From NCBI GenBank assembly GCA_000697335.1, contig JNEM01012723.1, positions 1-57,152 of the forward strand: a stretch of DNA of 57,152 bases. Direction: 5' to 3'. The position numbers were made by a program, and so were the translations under genes. Positions 1 through 13,875 of the stretch are shown in pieces. Source of the DNA: Conidiobolus incongruus B7586 (lineage: Eukaryota). Each line of letters starts with the position of its first letter. Within the stretch, counting starts at the first letter, position 1. The notes under the pieces were generated by a model. The model ran no database searches and had not been told where the DNA came from. It saw only the letters and a program-made list of their open reading frames with translations.

Positions 1-1869
1 ATAAATAAAAATATATATAATATTGGTAATATATTGATAACATTTTGGTATATTTAGCTAAACAATATATTTTATATTTAATATACTCAGTAATACAAAT
101 TTAATTGACTAATTTTTTATTAATTCAAATGATAATTTAATTAATTTCATTTTTTATTTATATTAATTATATATATACTCTATATTTCTAAACTAAATTA
201 CTAATATTTTGCAAACTATTTTATCTAATTATTAACAATATAATGATCAATTAATCTATCACTTAAATTTTACCTTTATTCTTAAGCCTAGTAATATTTA
301 TTGACTATAAATATTTCTTTTGAAAATTAAAAATTTATAGATATTATATTATAGTTTTGCTTAAGAATTATATTAAACTTTAATTATAATAACTTTTTTA
401 ATACTTAACACTAATATTTTGATGATAAAACTTTTTACTACTAAAAATATACATTGGATTAAATTATTTAGCATTAGATATAATAGGTAATAAATCTGAT
501 GATATATTCAGCTTTTAACTCTCTAACTTAAACACTATAATATTATTACTATTTAATAATAGAAGTAATTTTAATATTTACCTCTCTTCACAAATTGCTT
601 ATCCTACTTAAATTTAAATCGTACTAAATTATCATAATATGATGAAATTCATCCCTAGTTTAATATATTTCTTTTATATTCAGATGAATAAACTATTTAA
701 CACTTATTAATCGATATATTCACAATTTATTTCAACTGAGTTTGTAGAGGCATTACTAAATTCAATTTATAAAACTAGAAAAGTTTTGCTCACAGATATT
801 CATTTCAATAAATTAAATAATGATTTAAACCTGAATCCTTGTAAAATTTTTGGAATTAATAAATTAATCATGAACAGTATGGAATTTTCAAATCTAGCTA
901 TATTTTTTAATCTTTACCAAGTAATGATTTATTTATTATGAATAATCTTGATAATTTTACAAAATTAAATATTAAAATTGATAAATTGATATATAAATAT
1001 TGGTATTGATCTATTATAAGATATCTTTTCCATTTAATTTCTTTAATTAGTATTAATTATAAAATTGCAAAGACCAATATCATATAATATATTACTTATT
1101 ACCTTTTTATTAAATTTAATTCATTTTATTATATTTTATGTCTTTTTTAAATAAATTAATTTAATAAATTAGTCAAAATTAAATTATTTATAAAAATTAT
1201 TTTACTGGATAATATAATTTTTGAATAAATTATTTATTGAAATTAAAATTTATTTTTAAATTATAAAATATATATTAAATTATGTTAAAAATTCAACCAA
1301 TAAACATTGATTAATCTAGGCTTTTATTACTGCTTTATTTAAGTTGATAGTTAGTAAACTGAATTTTCAATATTTATCTAATACTTGATAAAAGTATTTT
1401 TGATAAAATCAAAATATATCTATATAATCAAAAGAATATAATCAAATATTACATTAGTTAAAAGATAAAGAATTTGTGATATTCTGATTAATATAAATTT
1501 ATTGATATATATTTTAATAATTTCAAAAATATGCTATTAATTCCTTTAATATAAAAATATATAAAGTTATTAATTTATCAAATTATATTTATCTTCAATT
1601 TAATATAAAAGATGCATAAAGCTAATAATAATAATCAATTTTAATATATTATCAAATTATATTATACACTTGATATAATTGATAGATATAATTGTCAAAC
1701 CTTCAAATAATTTATATATTATCCAAATATATGTATTTATTTTATATATCTCACAGCTTTATCACAAGTATATAATTGTTTTTAAGATTATATAACATTG
1801 ATATAATGATTCAAATCTATATAGTGTTTTGCTAAATTATGGCATAGCATAAATCATCCAAGAAATACC

Positions 1870-2260
1870 AGCTTAAGTTAGTATTAGATTAATAATTGAA
1901 GCTTATATTATGTTTTATAATAAGGTTTTTAATAAAGATTGTTGTTGGTAAAGTACTAGAAATACAATTTAATTAATTATTGATCCTATATGTCTTAAAA
2001 CTTATAGTTGAGACGTTGTAGTAGAATATCAAGAAAAAACTTTTTTTTCTGTCCTTTTTACTTCTGGGTCTAAATAATTCATTCAATGAGTGATGTAGGA
2101 TTTGGTTTAATTCTAATAAATGGATCTACACCAGATCATTTGATTATAGACTAACAAAACCACCAAAAATGAGTTGTAATATATATATAATTATCGAATT
2201 GAGATGAACGAGTATTTTTGAAAATACAACACCTAATTAAGTAATATGAATATGATTTAA
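1870..2260 (-). repeat. Unidentified dispersed repeat family X, copy 1 (most decayed)
   Basis: The reverse complement (tttattagaattaaaccaaatcctacatcactcattgaatgaattatttagacccagaagtaaaaaggacag...) aligns by eye with 7175-7560(+) and 34820-35200(-). Boundaries approximate. Confidence 0.7.
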
Positions 2261-2699
2261 GTAAATGTATAAATAATATCAGAAATAGATCATCAAGTAA
2301 GTGGGTTAATATCTTAACAATTAATTAATAGCTCAGTTTATCGCTTTATTCCAAAATCTTTTATAATTGAAAATAAAATATAGTTTTCAATTATATTAAA
2401 TATATGGATAAATTTTCAAATTGCATGTTATTATATAAAATGAGTACTCAACTTTTAGTTTGTAAAAATGAACTATACTATAGAGTATATTATTATGAAA
2501 TTTAATATTAAATTTACTTGAGTATTTGATTGAATTTTTTAATACTTGTAAAAAAATAATTTCCTAACAATAATATTAATATTATCATAAAATTAAAGAA
2601 ATGGAAAATTTTTTTATTTGAGATATTTTAAATATATTATTGATTTGAGATATATATGTATATAAAATAAATAAAAAGATAAATAATTTCAAATTAAAT

Positions 2700-3780
2700 A
2701 TATTATTTTTACATATAAAAATTAGCTTAAAAATTAATTATTTATTTAATTATACTTAATTTAAATAATAATCATTAAAAGTTTTTTTTATAATATTAGT
2801 AAAACTTAACTATAAAATTTTTGAAGTAATTTGAAATTTGCAAAAACCATTTAAAAATAATATATAAGCTAACTATTAATCATTAGGTAAATTATGTTAA
2901 AAGAAAAAAATTATCTAAATTTCATTAAAAACTAAAAGGATAATATTAACTATTATTGTCTTAATTATTAAAAAAGTAGAGAGTAATAAAAAATTTACTT
3001 TTTTATTTTGAATAAAAATGTTCAAAGTATTTCAATATTAATAATAAAAATATATTATATATATCGAAATTTAAACTTGTATTCATTAATAAATATAAAA
3101 AATAATTATCTTATTGTTTAATTAAAGTTAATAAAAGGTAAAATAATAATAGCTAAATAGAACTTTTTGATATATAATTAAAAACCAAGATTTTTAAAAT
3201 AAATGACTATAAGTAATATATGATAAATTTTTTTTAAATATTTCTTTATTAAAACCCAAATCAAAACAAAAAGTTAAATAATACCTTCTATAGATTTAAT
3301 AAGTAAATTTTTGATATATAATTGAATATTAAATATTGCAAAAGATTATAATAGTATATATTATTTATATTGAGCTTTTGAAATAACATTAATTAATAAT
3401 ATATCTTTATTATTATTTTTTGAATATAACTATCTCTAATTGATATTCTCAATATAATTTAAAGATTATTAGTATTTTATATAGTAACTATAAAGTATAT
3501 AAAACTTATATTAAAAAAATGCTTTATTTAAAAACACTAGAAAAAATTAAAATATCTAATATATTCACAAAATAATAACATATATAATTATAACTACTTG
3601 AGATAATTAAAAAATCAGCTTATAAAAAAGTCTTCATAAAAAATTTATTTATTTTATGAAATATCAAATTTAAATAAATATAAAAGTTTTTTAAGTTTTA
3701 AAATTTACCAAAAATATGGTGAAAAGGTATTAATCATTTAAAAAACTTTGATTTTATATTATATATTAATTTTTATAACT
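2700..3780 (+). mobile_element. Heavily mutated mariner (DD34D) transposon relic, copy D
   Basis: Collinear similarity to the reverse complement of 26330-27330, e.g. 'tattctcaatataatttaaag' near 3444 and 'taattaaaaaatcagcttataaaaaa' near 3604. Extremely AT-rich; no ORF remains. Confidence 0.7.
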
Positions 3781-4852
3781 TATGTATTGAAATGTTTATT
3801 TGATTTTAATCTCAAAAAATATTATTTTATAATCGAGAGTAAATATTAAATTAATAATTTTTCCAAAATATTTTGTCTATATAAAAAGTAAATATTTTTA
3901 TGATACAAATTATTACTCTATAATTGAAATAATATTTATTATTATTTTTTATAAATTTATAAAAATTTTATTAAATATATACATATTTATTATTAGATAC
4001 TATAATATATTAAACCTTCTTACTATTAAAGTAAAAATGAAAATCATATTATCATATCTCTTTATATATATTAAAGCTTTTTAAATGAGTATTTTTGATT
4101 TATTCTTAAAAAATATTTGGTGATTGATTTAAAGTATCTATCAATTACCACTATGGATCATTTTATTATATTTTAATAATAATATATTTTTATTACTACA
4201 ATACATTATATTTAGTCACATAATGTTTCAACTTTAGTTTAGATTGATACCATTTTATCAAATTGTTATAATATAAAGGTATTCATAATAATATAAACTT
4301 GATAAAAATTCAAGTTATCAAAAATTATTTGATTCATATATAATGCTATTCTTTTTTAATTAAACAAAATTTCAATAATTTATTACAAGATAATAAATAT
4401 TTTATTTTCGTTGATATAATTTAACAATCTTTGGCCTATATTTGATATTAATAAATTATTAATAATTCGAAAATTGAAATATACATATATATATATATAT
4501 TATAAAAATAATATATCTGAATACTATTTTTACGAATTGGATTCATTTTGAGCAATTTTTTGTTTCAAATATGTTATATTATTTTATTGATAATTTAGTG
4601 AAGTTCATGAAGACATAATTAAATAATTTAATGATAGAGTAATATAGGGTAATTTTCAAATAAAAGGCGTTTACTACCATAAAAATATATAATGGTATAA
4701 TATATGCCTATTAGATTGACATAAATTAACATATTTTATCTGAATTAAATAAATAAACCAATATTGATGTTTAAACTTTTTTGAAAATAAATTGAACACC
4801 CTGATATCATGTTACTAAATTCAGGGTTTCAGGAGTAAATAACCATCAATAC

Positions 4853-4908
4853 ATCCCATATTTTAAAAATTTAGATCTTATTTATTAATATTTCAAAAGC
4901 AGTCACAA
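4853..4908 (+). promoter_or_regulatory. Bipartite upstream motif ATCCCATA(4853)...AGTCACAA(4901)
   Basis: The same motif pair recurs upstream of most array genes. AGTCAC lies 76 nt before ATG 4977. Confidence 0.6.
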
Positions 4909-4976
4909 TTCCTTAATTTAATTTTAATCTTAAATATCCCAAAAAAAGTTTAAATTGATATTAATTAATTAATACA

Positions 4977-6326
4977 ATGAGCGATTCAAATTGGTCATTA
5001 GTATTCGGTGGTATCGACGACTTACATGAATATTTAAGTCATAATGATCTCGTTGAACTTAGCAGATTATCAAAATTTATTAGAAACAAATTAAAATGTG
5101 AAATATTTAAAACAATATATTTAAAAGATTATCCCAATATGAAATCTAGTTCTATAGATAATGTACATAAAAGTAATTTTAATATTAAATTTTTGTACTA
5201 TTACAGAACTAATTTTCTTAATATAGAATTAGATAGTAGTCTTGTACAACTTAGGAAAGATTTGGCATTTTTACACGAGTATCCTACCAAATTAATAGCT
5301 GAGAGTGATTCTATCCATTATTATTTGGTGGAAATGACTAAGTTATTCCCTAATTTAAAACATCTCACTATTAAAAGAATTAATTTGCCTGTGGATTCAT
5401 TCATCCAAATTTTGACTAATCTCCCAGGGTTGGAGTCTTTGAAATTAACAAAGACCACATTCATTCAATATGTGGATAATGAACCAAGCATTGACGCAAT
5501 CCAACTTCCTAGATCCTTAGTGAGTTTGGAGGTGGAACAATGCTGGGCGATGGAAACTGATTTAACTCAAAACCCCATGTCGATTGACTACAATTGGATG
5601 AACCATCCATTGGGATATCAGGAGTTTGTTCTACCTCCTCAATCCCTACCCAATCTCCAACGCTTATCATGTGAATTTTTCTACGATTTCACATTTATCC
5701 TCATTCAATACCTGTCAGTGAACCCTCAGTTGAAATCTTTCAAAACTTATATCCAATATTTTAATCACGATACCATTCCACTCCTCCAAATGTGTAATGG
5801 TCTAAACTATCTCGAACTCGATTTATTGGGAAGTAGATCAGAAGATTTATTCGATACTCACTTCCCCTCATTAACCACGATGACGTCATTGACTTTTCTC
5901 AAAATTGACAATTTTAATTGTGATCTCTTCGAAAGAATCTGTCTTTCATGTCCATTTATAACTCGTCTCGAATTAGTTTATCACCCTGAAATTTTAAAAA
6001 ATTTTAATTATTTATTACCAAAATTAAAAAATTTGAAAGATTTGAAAATAACTAATGGTACTCAGGATGATGACGTGGATTTTCAAATAATTGGGAATTG
6101 TGAAATAGAGAATTTACATTTATATGGGTTTTGTCCTAAAGATATTTGTTTATCAGGGTTTGAACATTTAAAAAATTTAAAACTATTATCGATTTCTTTA
6201 ATTAATGAAAATTATCATGATGAAGATTTGGAAATTTATTCATATTGCAAAATTTTTGACAAGTTTAAGAATTGGAAATGCTGTTATTATAGGTATTCTA
6301 TTACATGTCATAGAATTATAAAATAA
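4977..6326 (+). CDS. F-box-like/LRR (RNI-like) protein 1; probable join(4977..5172,5227..6326), 431 aa
   Basis: N-terminal F-box-like motif (LHEYLSHNDLVELSRLSKFIRNKL), repeated LxxLxL units, family motifs PQSLPNL...QYLSVNPQL and C-terminal NWKCCYYRYSITCHRI. Probable in-frame 54-nt phase-1 intron 5173..5226 (GTAATT...CTAAT...ATAG) at the family-conserved position. Confidence 0.85.
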   Translation: MSDSNWSLVFGGIDDLHEYLSHNDLVELSRLSKFIRNKLKCEIFKTIYLKDYPNMKSSSIDNVHKSNFNIKFLYYYRTNFLNIELDSSLVQLRKDLAFLHEYPTKLIAESDSIHYYLVEMTKLFPNLKHLTIKRINLPVDSFIQILTNLPGLESLKLTKTTFIQYVDNEPSIDAIQLPRSLVSLEVEQCWAMETDLTQNPMSIDYNWMNHPLGYQEFVLPPQSLPNLQRLSCEFFYDFTFILIQYLSVNPQLKSFKTYIQYFNHDTIPLLQMCNGLNYLELDLLGSRSEDLFDTHFPSLTTMTSLTFLKIDNFNCDLFERICLSCPFITRLELVYHPEILKNFNYLLPKLKNLKDLKITNGTQDDDVDFQIIGNCEIENLHLYGFCPKDICLSGFEHLKNLKLLSISLINENYHDEDLEIYSYCKIFDKFKNWKCCYYRYSITCHRIIK

Positions 6327-7174
6327 ACATGTGAAATTATTTTCTTAATAATAATCTTGAAATTAGATTCTTATAGATTGATTATCATTGTATAAATACA
6401 AGCATATGTATATATTAACAAAATATTTTTTAATTTTGACATTGAAATATTTTAAATGGATAAGCTTGATATTTATTGTATACAATTTATTTCATTATAT
6501 ATATATATATACTCAAAATATTATTTTAAGATAATTTTTTTTGCAACTTGGATAATTATAGGATTATAATATATTTTGTGCAATTTGAAGATCAAAATGC
6601 AAATTTACTAATTTTACATAATTGTATAAAATTTATCAAATAACGTGTTTGACTTTAAAATTGATTAATAAACAGTTCTGAAAATACCTACTAAACAGAT
6701 TAATAAATTTATTATGATCCAAAGTAGTTACCTCTTTTTTTCCATATTACATTTTTTTAATGTTTTGAAAATCTTCGATAGTTTTTTAAGTTATATATTG
6801 AATAAATCTCAATATAAAAGGATTTATAATTGATATAAATATTATTGTGGGCTCATAATTTGGAGAGAGAAATAAATATTAATTATAGTGTTCTCATAAT
6901 TTGATAATTCAAATCAGTGTAAATTATACTAATGCTATAACAGAAACTATTTTATATACCTTTATTGATCGTAATACCATATGCTTTATATTTTTTATAA
7001 CTTTAAAGATTAATTATATGAATAAAAAATTATTTTACAATATAAACTTTGAAACAAATATAATACATTCTAGTAATTTAAAATAATTATGAGAATTAAA
7101 ATTAGTGTTAAATTCAAAAATTCACACCCCCGTTTATATTTATATAAATCGTTTCAAGTTTGTTTGTATTTTAG

Positions 7175-7560
7175 AAATATATGATCAACTAATCAAGCGC
7201 TATATTCAAAAAGACCTGTCCGTTTCGATTTGATAGTTAGGTCCATATTACCTCCGAATTATAGTGGATTTGTTGGTCCAAAATCAAATGATGTTCTTTA
7301 GCCCCTTTTATTAGAATCTATCCAAATCCTCTGTCACTCACTTAATAAACTATTTAAACCCAGAAGTGATAAGGATAGAAAGGGTTTCTAATTTTCCTAA
7401 GTATTCTGCTACGACGACTCAACAGTAAGTAAGCTTTAAGACATACAGAATTAATAATTAATTTACTAAATCGTATTACAAGCACTTTTCTAACAACCAT
7501 CTTTATTGAAAAAACTTATTATAAAACACAACGCAAGTATACTTCATTAAAATAATAGCT
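7175..7560 (+). repeat. Unidentified dispersed repeat family X, copy 2
   Basis: Shares 'tattctgctacgacg-ctcaacagtaag' and flanks with 34820-35200(-), and aligns with 1870-2260(-). Decayed frame LPPNYSGFVGPKSNDVL*PLLLESIQILCHSLNKLFKPRSDKDR. Confidence 0.75.
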
Positions 7561-7948
7561 ATTGTCTTTTCAAATCAAAAATTCTCATTATAAAAAATTG
7601 AAAATTTAAATTAACAAATATAGTAATTCAGATTTAATATATGTATTATCTATCAATGATGAATATAATATAACCAATATCATGTTTTCAGAGTATATTT
7701 TTTGAAGGTAATAAATCGAGAATTTACTAAACAATACCACCAATTGACTAATGATTTTGATTTCCACATTTAACAATTTACATATTGAAAAACAATTAAA
7801 CTAAAAACATTCAATTAATTAATTTTTATGATAGCTGGTTTAATGTTATTATACTTAAAAATATAAAAATTAAAAAAATATCAACTAGTAAATTTCAAAA
7901 CTAAATCTTGCATGATTATAATATTAGTATTTTAAGATATTCAAGAAT

Positions 7949-8005
7949 ATCCCATAATATTGAATTTGTGTCATTTTATTATAAATAAAAAATTCCTAGT
8001 CACAA
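7949..8005 (+). promoter_or_regulatory. Bipartite upstream motif ATCCCATA(7949)...AGTCACAA(7998)
   Basis: Recurrent motif pair; AGTCAC 69 nt before ATG 8067. Confidence 0.6.
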
Positions 8006-8066
8006 ATTGTTTATTTTTGATAATTTAAATATCCAAATTATATTATTATTTTATAATTACGATATA

Positions 8067-9420
8067 ATGTCTAAAAACAAATGGGAATTTATATTGAGTT
8101 TAGATGAACTAATTTCTTATTTAAATCATAATGAAATAGTTCAATTGAGTACTTTATGTAGCTATTCAAGAACGATATTAAAGCCAATTTTATTCCAATA
8201 TGTATTTTTGAAAGAGATTAATCAAATCAGTATTTCTAATCCAGATAAATCAATCAGTAGCGTTAAAAGCAAATATGATATACGTAAATTTATAGTTTTT
8301 TTTAAATATTGAATTGAACTCATAATTCCATTTAGAAGTAGAGCTACAACAATTTCGATATCAGATGACTCTATTTGAGAAATATCCCACCAAGTTAATT
8401 GCTAAATTTGATTCTAATCATTATTACCTACTTGAATTCACTAATACATTTATGAATTTAAAATTATTAAGAATTGAAATCGGGCATGTTCCATTGGAAT
8501 CTTTAATTCAGATTCTATCCTTTCAAGAAAAGTTGGAGTCATTATCATTGATTAATGTTACCTTCATTAAATTCAGAAATGGACAGAAGTCGAATCAAGG
8601 TATAATACTGCCACAATCCCTGCGCAGATTAGAAGTCCATCAATGCTGTACAATGCTATCTAACTTGTCTAATGATCCTATGAAAATTTCATACGATTAT
8701 CCAGCGAGCAACATTAGATACGAGCAATTCATAATTCTTCCTCAATTCCTACCCAATCTATTAAATTTCACATATGAATGTTCTCAAGATATTTCCCATG
8801 TTCTTCATCAATATCTAGTCATGAACCCTCAGTTGAAATCATTCAAAACTCATATCGGTCGTCTTAATGAGTATCAAATCGAATTAATCAATTTGTGCAA
8901 GCACGTAAATAACTTAGAGTTAGTCCTTCCTGATTGGTTTTCTCAAGATGCTATTGATTACAATATATCCGATTTGGAATCGATCAAGTCGTTAATCGTT
9001 CTCTCCATTAATTCTTATAAGTTTAAACTTTTTGAAAAGTTATGCTTATCGTGTGTCAATTTGACTGCATTAACTTTCAATTATGGTCTTGATATTATTG
9101 CACCCTTTCATTCACTTGTATTTAAATTACCAAATTTAAAATCTCTAACTTTAATCAATTCCATTGATGAGAAAATTATTCGAATTGACTCTTTGTTAAA
9201 TCAACAAATAGAGAATCTACATTTGGATGGTTTCCCTATAATTTCTATTGATTTAAACAATTTTAAAAAATTTTCAAGTTTGAAACATATTAAAATTTCA
9301 AGACTTAAATATCAAGCTTTTAGGCCTGAATTGTACGAATCATATTTTAAACAATATTATAATTGGAAAACTATCTTTTTTTATAAATCTATACAATGTT
9401 ACAAGTTAAACTTTGAATAA
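8067..9420 (+). CDS. F-box-like/LRR protein 2; join(8067..8283,8336..9420), 433 aa
   Basis: Two ORF-track fragments join in frame across a 52-nt phase-1 intron 8284..8335 (GTAAAT...TTAG). F-box-like LDELISYLNHNEIVQLSTLC, LRRs and C-terminal NWKTIFFYKSIQCYKL. Confidence 0.85.
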
Positions 9421-11559
9421 ATAATAAATATATTATAATTGAGTAGTTATGAAGAATATGACTTTCATGTAAATATATTGAATCGATAAATAATTTCCAG
9501 TTGAATATAAATCTACCAAATCCAGATTAAATACATAATATTAATATATATATATTCATTTCCTTTAGCAATATCTTTTATCAATTTAAACCAAAGTTTT
9601 GAATAAATATCTGTCGAGATAAAGTTGATGTATATGTACTTATTTCAGTGATTTATTTAATAAATTTAAATTCAAATTTCTCAATATTATATTATGACGA
9701 TTGTTTAAATGAAAAGTTTGGCTCCTTTATCATATATTATATATAAATTATTACTCTAAATCAATTAGATAATCAAATTTATTTAAATCTTTAACTTGAA
9801 AATTAAAAAATACTTTAAACTTAACTAATTAAATATATTAAAATTATATTAATTCGATTAGAATTTAACATGATATATTAATTATAATTGATTTGTTTCA
9901 TATGTAAAAATATTTGATTGACCATTAAATTAATTTAATTGATCTATATGAAAATATATCAAAAATAATTATAATTCTGATATAAAATTTTTATTTTATT
10001 TGTCAAAATCTGTTTAAGTATATATCATTGCAAATTGAAAATTATTATAATTATATTACAGTTTTGGAAACTTTAATGGTATAATTCAATTTGTAATAAC
10101 AAAAAAAATTATATTTGATGAGAGTTTAAAAAAATATTTATTATAAAGGTCATTTATAAAATTTAGCTATTAATATCGACTTGTTAAAATCTATATTGCT
10201 ACATTAATCCTCAAGTCAAATAAAAACTAAATCTCGAAAAATAATTTTTTCATAATATTGAAATTTAAAATTTTATTTAATGGTTAAAAAAATGTTAATA
10301 TTTTTATATAATCAAGTATAATTTTATAAACCATATTTATTTCACTATTAAATCAATATTACCAAATCATTATAAATGATCAATTGATTCATTATATTCT
10401 TAATTTACTATATATTTTTTATCAATATATGAATAAAGTCTAATAAGTAAAAATAATCAAAATTTAATTTTTACTTGAATTAAAAGGATATATTAAACAG
10501 AATAATATATTTTATATAGTATTCCATATTAGCTTTTTATCAAAATTTTTAAATAAAACTAGTGGGTAATTATTTTTTAAAATTACAATATAATGTAATT
10601 AATATAGTTTCAAAGCATGATTTAAAATATTATTTTCTTTAAATTAATTAAAATTTATAACCAATCAAAGGAATTCAGATAAATTTAATATATATTATAA
10701 TTAACCTATATATCTATTAAAATTAGAAATAATAAATTATTATATAATAATAATAGCTTTTTTATAACTATACCAAAGACGATATAAAATATTTAAAAAA
10801 TCAAATATATTGGTATTAAATCAAATTTAAAAATCAGATAAAAAACCAATATTAATTTATAATATATCATAATATCTCTCTTTTTTTATTGAAAATTACT
10901 ATTTAGATATATAAATGATAAATTTTATTATATAATTTATCATAAAAAATTCAATAATATTATAATCAAAAAGCAAAAATTATTGTTATAAATATTAAAA
11001 TAAGAATCATTTAAAAATAAATATCATTATTTAATATGGATATCAATATTATATTACTTCATTCACTATAAACACCAATAGTATATTAAAATATTAAATC
11101 ATATTTCAAATGTTTTAAAAATATTATTAATTATATAAAAGAATATAATTAATAAATTATTTATTTTATATAAATTTAAACATATATATTTAATTTATAT
11201 TATTAAAACTGTGCTTATTTGAGATTAATGGCCTTTATTACCAAATGAACTATATTTACCAAAGATGAATCCTATTAAATATAATTTTTATATAAATTCA
11301 ATAATTTGATTCAAGGAAATATAGTTGATAATATATCAACTTTAAATATATCAACTAAAAAAATTAATTTTAAAAAAATCTATAACAATTGATGTAAAAA
11401 ATTAATAAATAATTATATAAAATTTTATATAATTAAAGAAGGATGATAGTTAATATTAAATTAATTTTTTTGCTTTAATTTTTTTATTTTGCTAAAATAA
11501 AAATTGAAAATTTATGAGCTTAATTCTTTGAACCACTGTGTGTAAAAATCAACCTTTAG

Positions 11560-12810
11560 ATTCGTTTTTTTAAAAATATGCAAATACCATATTTGGCTTG
11601 AGATAAGCCTAATTTTCTGCAGCTTAAATCAATTAAATATTTGTAAAGTAATATTTAGTTAGTTTTATTGGTATGAATACTGTCAACTCTCACTAATTTA
11701 GTCTTTTTATTTTGTATTTATACTCGATTTTAAAATTCTCTAAAGGTCAAGCATCGATTGATATTATAGTTCTTTCAGTTTCTCTGAAGAGTTTGTATCT
11801 TGAGAAACATTTCCTTGTATTTGTCGAGTTAGATAATGATTTCAATGACATTGAGTTACTATTACTTTAATATTGATAATAATAAAGAAACTCTACTTTT
11901 ATCTCAGTATTTAAATCAATCAGCAATTTTCGAATATAGATCTAACCCTATTCTAAAATCTATAATCCAGCAATTTTTAACAGAACAATTAAAGATACTG
12001 AATGGATATTTTGACAAAACCCACCATAAAATTATGGTAAATTAGACTCTTTTTATATTTAGATTATATAGTACTCTGCTTTGATGTTAGAAATCTCATT
12101 TATGAATCTAAATAACCTTAAAATAAACGGGAATCTGATATCACTATGAAATTTCGTGGAATTTTATTAGAATCTATTCCTCTCACTGAAAAATTATATA
12201 TTATTTAAACTGACTCTATCTAACTATGGCTATTTATCTCTGTTGGGGATTTGAATAATATTGATATCATCATCCCCAAATCAATATATTTAAGGCGCTT
12301 AATGGCGCAATATGGTTGTTGAAGACTTGCCAATATTGAAGGATTGTATATAACATTTACTATCTCATATCGCAATAGAGCAATCTCAGTTATTACAATC
12401 TGACTCATTTTGATAAATTTACAGATAAGAAGGGAATTACAGTCCAATATAAAACAACACTATTCTCAAGTACTAATCATAATAAGAATGTGACCATTAA
12501 CAGTAAATAAAATATTCACAATTTCAATTCTGCAAAATTTAAATTCCATTGATCATGTTTAGCGATAAATTATTCATTTTAATAACATTATTACATTAAT
12601 TAGATATCTGACAAAGTTGGTTATAGAGCAGCTTGTTGAGTTATTATTCAAAATATTTTTTTAAATATTAGGGATATTGATTAATTTCTCGTATGAATTG
12701 GTAAACATTTTGAACAAATTGAACTACTCTCAACAAATTTGTTAAGATTTAATTTTCTTTTGTATGATTTAACACGATATCAGATAACTCATTATTGCAT
12801 GTTATTCCAA
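11560..12810 (+). pseudogene. Strongly decayed F-box/LRR family pseudogene (P1)
   Basis: Remnant IDIIVLSVSLKSLYLEKH near 11755-11810 (cf. IDAIQLPRSLVSLEVEQC in gene 1) and LSQYL...IIQQFL in ORF 11836. Many stops; boundaries uncertain. Confidence 0.45.
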
Positions 12811-13704
12811 TATTATTTTTTTATTGTTTAATAAATAACATTCTTCAAAAACACTTTCTATTTACGTCACTTGAAATATATCGGAATTTTATATTTCACC
12901 ATATTATAATAGTTCTATTTGAGACATTATTTTGTTCTAAAATCTGAACATTTAATATATAATATTCAGAATTTTTAATTTAATTTTATTGAAAGTCAAT
13001 TACATGTATTCACATGACTAAATACTAAACGATTATAGTTCATTTTATACTATATATTTCAAATATAATTTTTTAGAAACGAAAATTAATTTATAAACAA
13101 TAAACCAAAATAAAAATCAATAATAAAAATTCTTAAAGTTTAGGGATTGAATCTGTGAATCCTAACAAATGCACATATATTGATATTTCTTATTTTATAT
13201 ATTAAATTTTTCTTCAATATATTATAAAATTGTGATATATCATATACTATTATACAATTCAATCAATTATAATATTGAAATTTTCAGTATTGACACTATT
13301 TTTAATAGTGGTGAATAAAGATTTTCAGTATATTAGTTGAAGTATACTATATATTCTAATAAAATGTATGGTTTTATATATAATTTCAAACATAATTAAT
13401 TTTACATTAATATTATAAATATGAATTATAATTCTTTGATATGATCACATATATAAAACTCATTCAAAATATTAAGTTTTAATACAATGTTCAAATTTTC
13501 ATTGAATTTAAAACACCAATAAATTTAAATTATTGTAAATTATTTATTATTATTAAATTATTAAATATATTATTTGAGTCTCAATAACAGTTTCGAATAT
13601 AAATATTGATCGAATATTTCTCTAATATGACATGATCTATCAAAATAAGTATATAATTTTTTAATTTTAAGTAATTTTGAAACCAGTAAGACTAATTTCA
13701 AAAT

Positions 13705-13728
13705 ATCCCATAAAATTCAAAGTCACAA
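13705..13728 (+). promoter_or_regulatory. Bipartite upstream motif, short-spacing variant ATCCCATA(13705)...AGTCACAA(13721)
   Basis: Both boxes present, starts 16 nt apart; AGTCAC 155 nt before ATG 13876. Confidence 0.5.
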
Positions 13729-13875
13729 ATATTAGATATGTTTAAGTAATAATTTGAGAGGGTTTTATGATTTAATTGAGTTTATCTTGATATACTTAGT
13801 TTAAAGAAACTATGAAATCTGAATAAATTTATATAATATTTAAATAGGCAAAGATTGGTTACTATACTTAACATT

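Noticed and set aside
240..1000. Faintly coding-like AT-rich stretch, possibly a very old LRR-type gene or TE relic
   Set aside because: I could not recover any diagnostic motif or sustained frame.
4798..4827. Inverted repeat ACCCTGA...TCAGGGT upstream of gene 1
   Set aside because: Only a 7-bp stem and not seen upstream of paralogs; compatible with chance.
6901..7086. Short ORF-track entries in AT-rich DNA (also 29048, 34603, 53230)
   Set aside because: Low-complexity I/N/F/Y/L peptides, several with non-ATG starts and no motifs; expected by chance.
9900..11500. Extremely AT-rich block that may be another hypermutated element
   Set aside because: No match by eye to the mariner, Tc1 or family X repeats; cannot be assigned.
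12220..12447. Minus-strand 75-aa ORF inside the P1 region
   Set aside because: Non-ATG start and no recognisable motif; it may be an insertion but this is unsupported.
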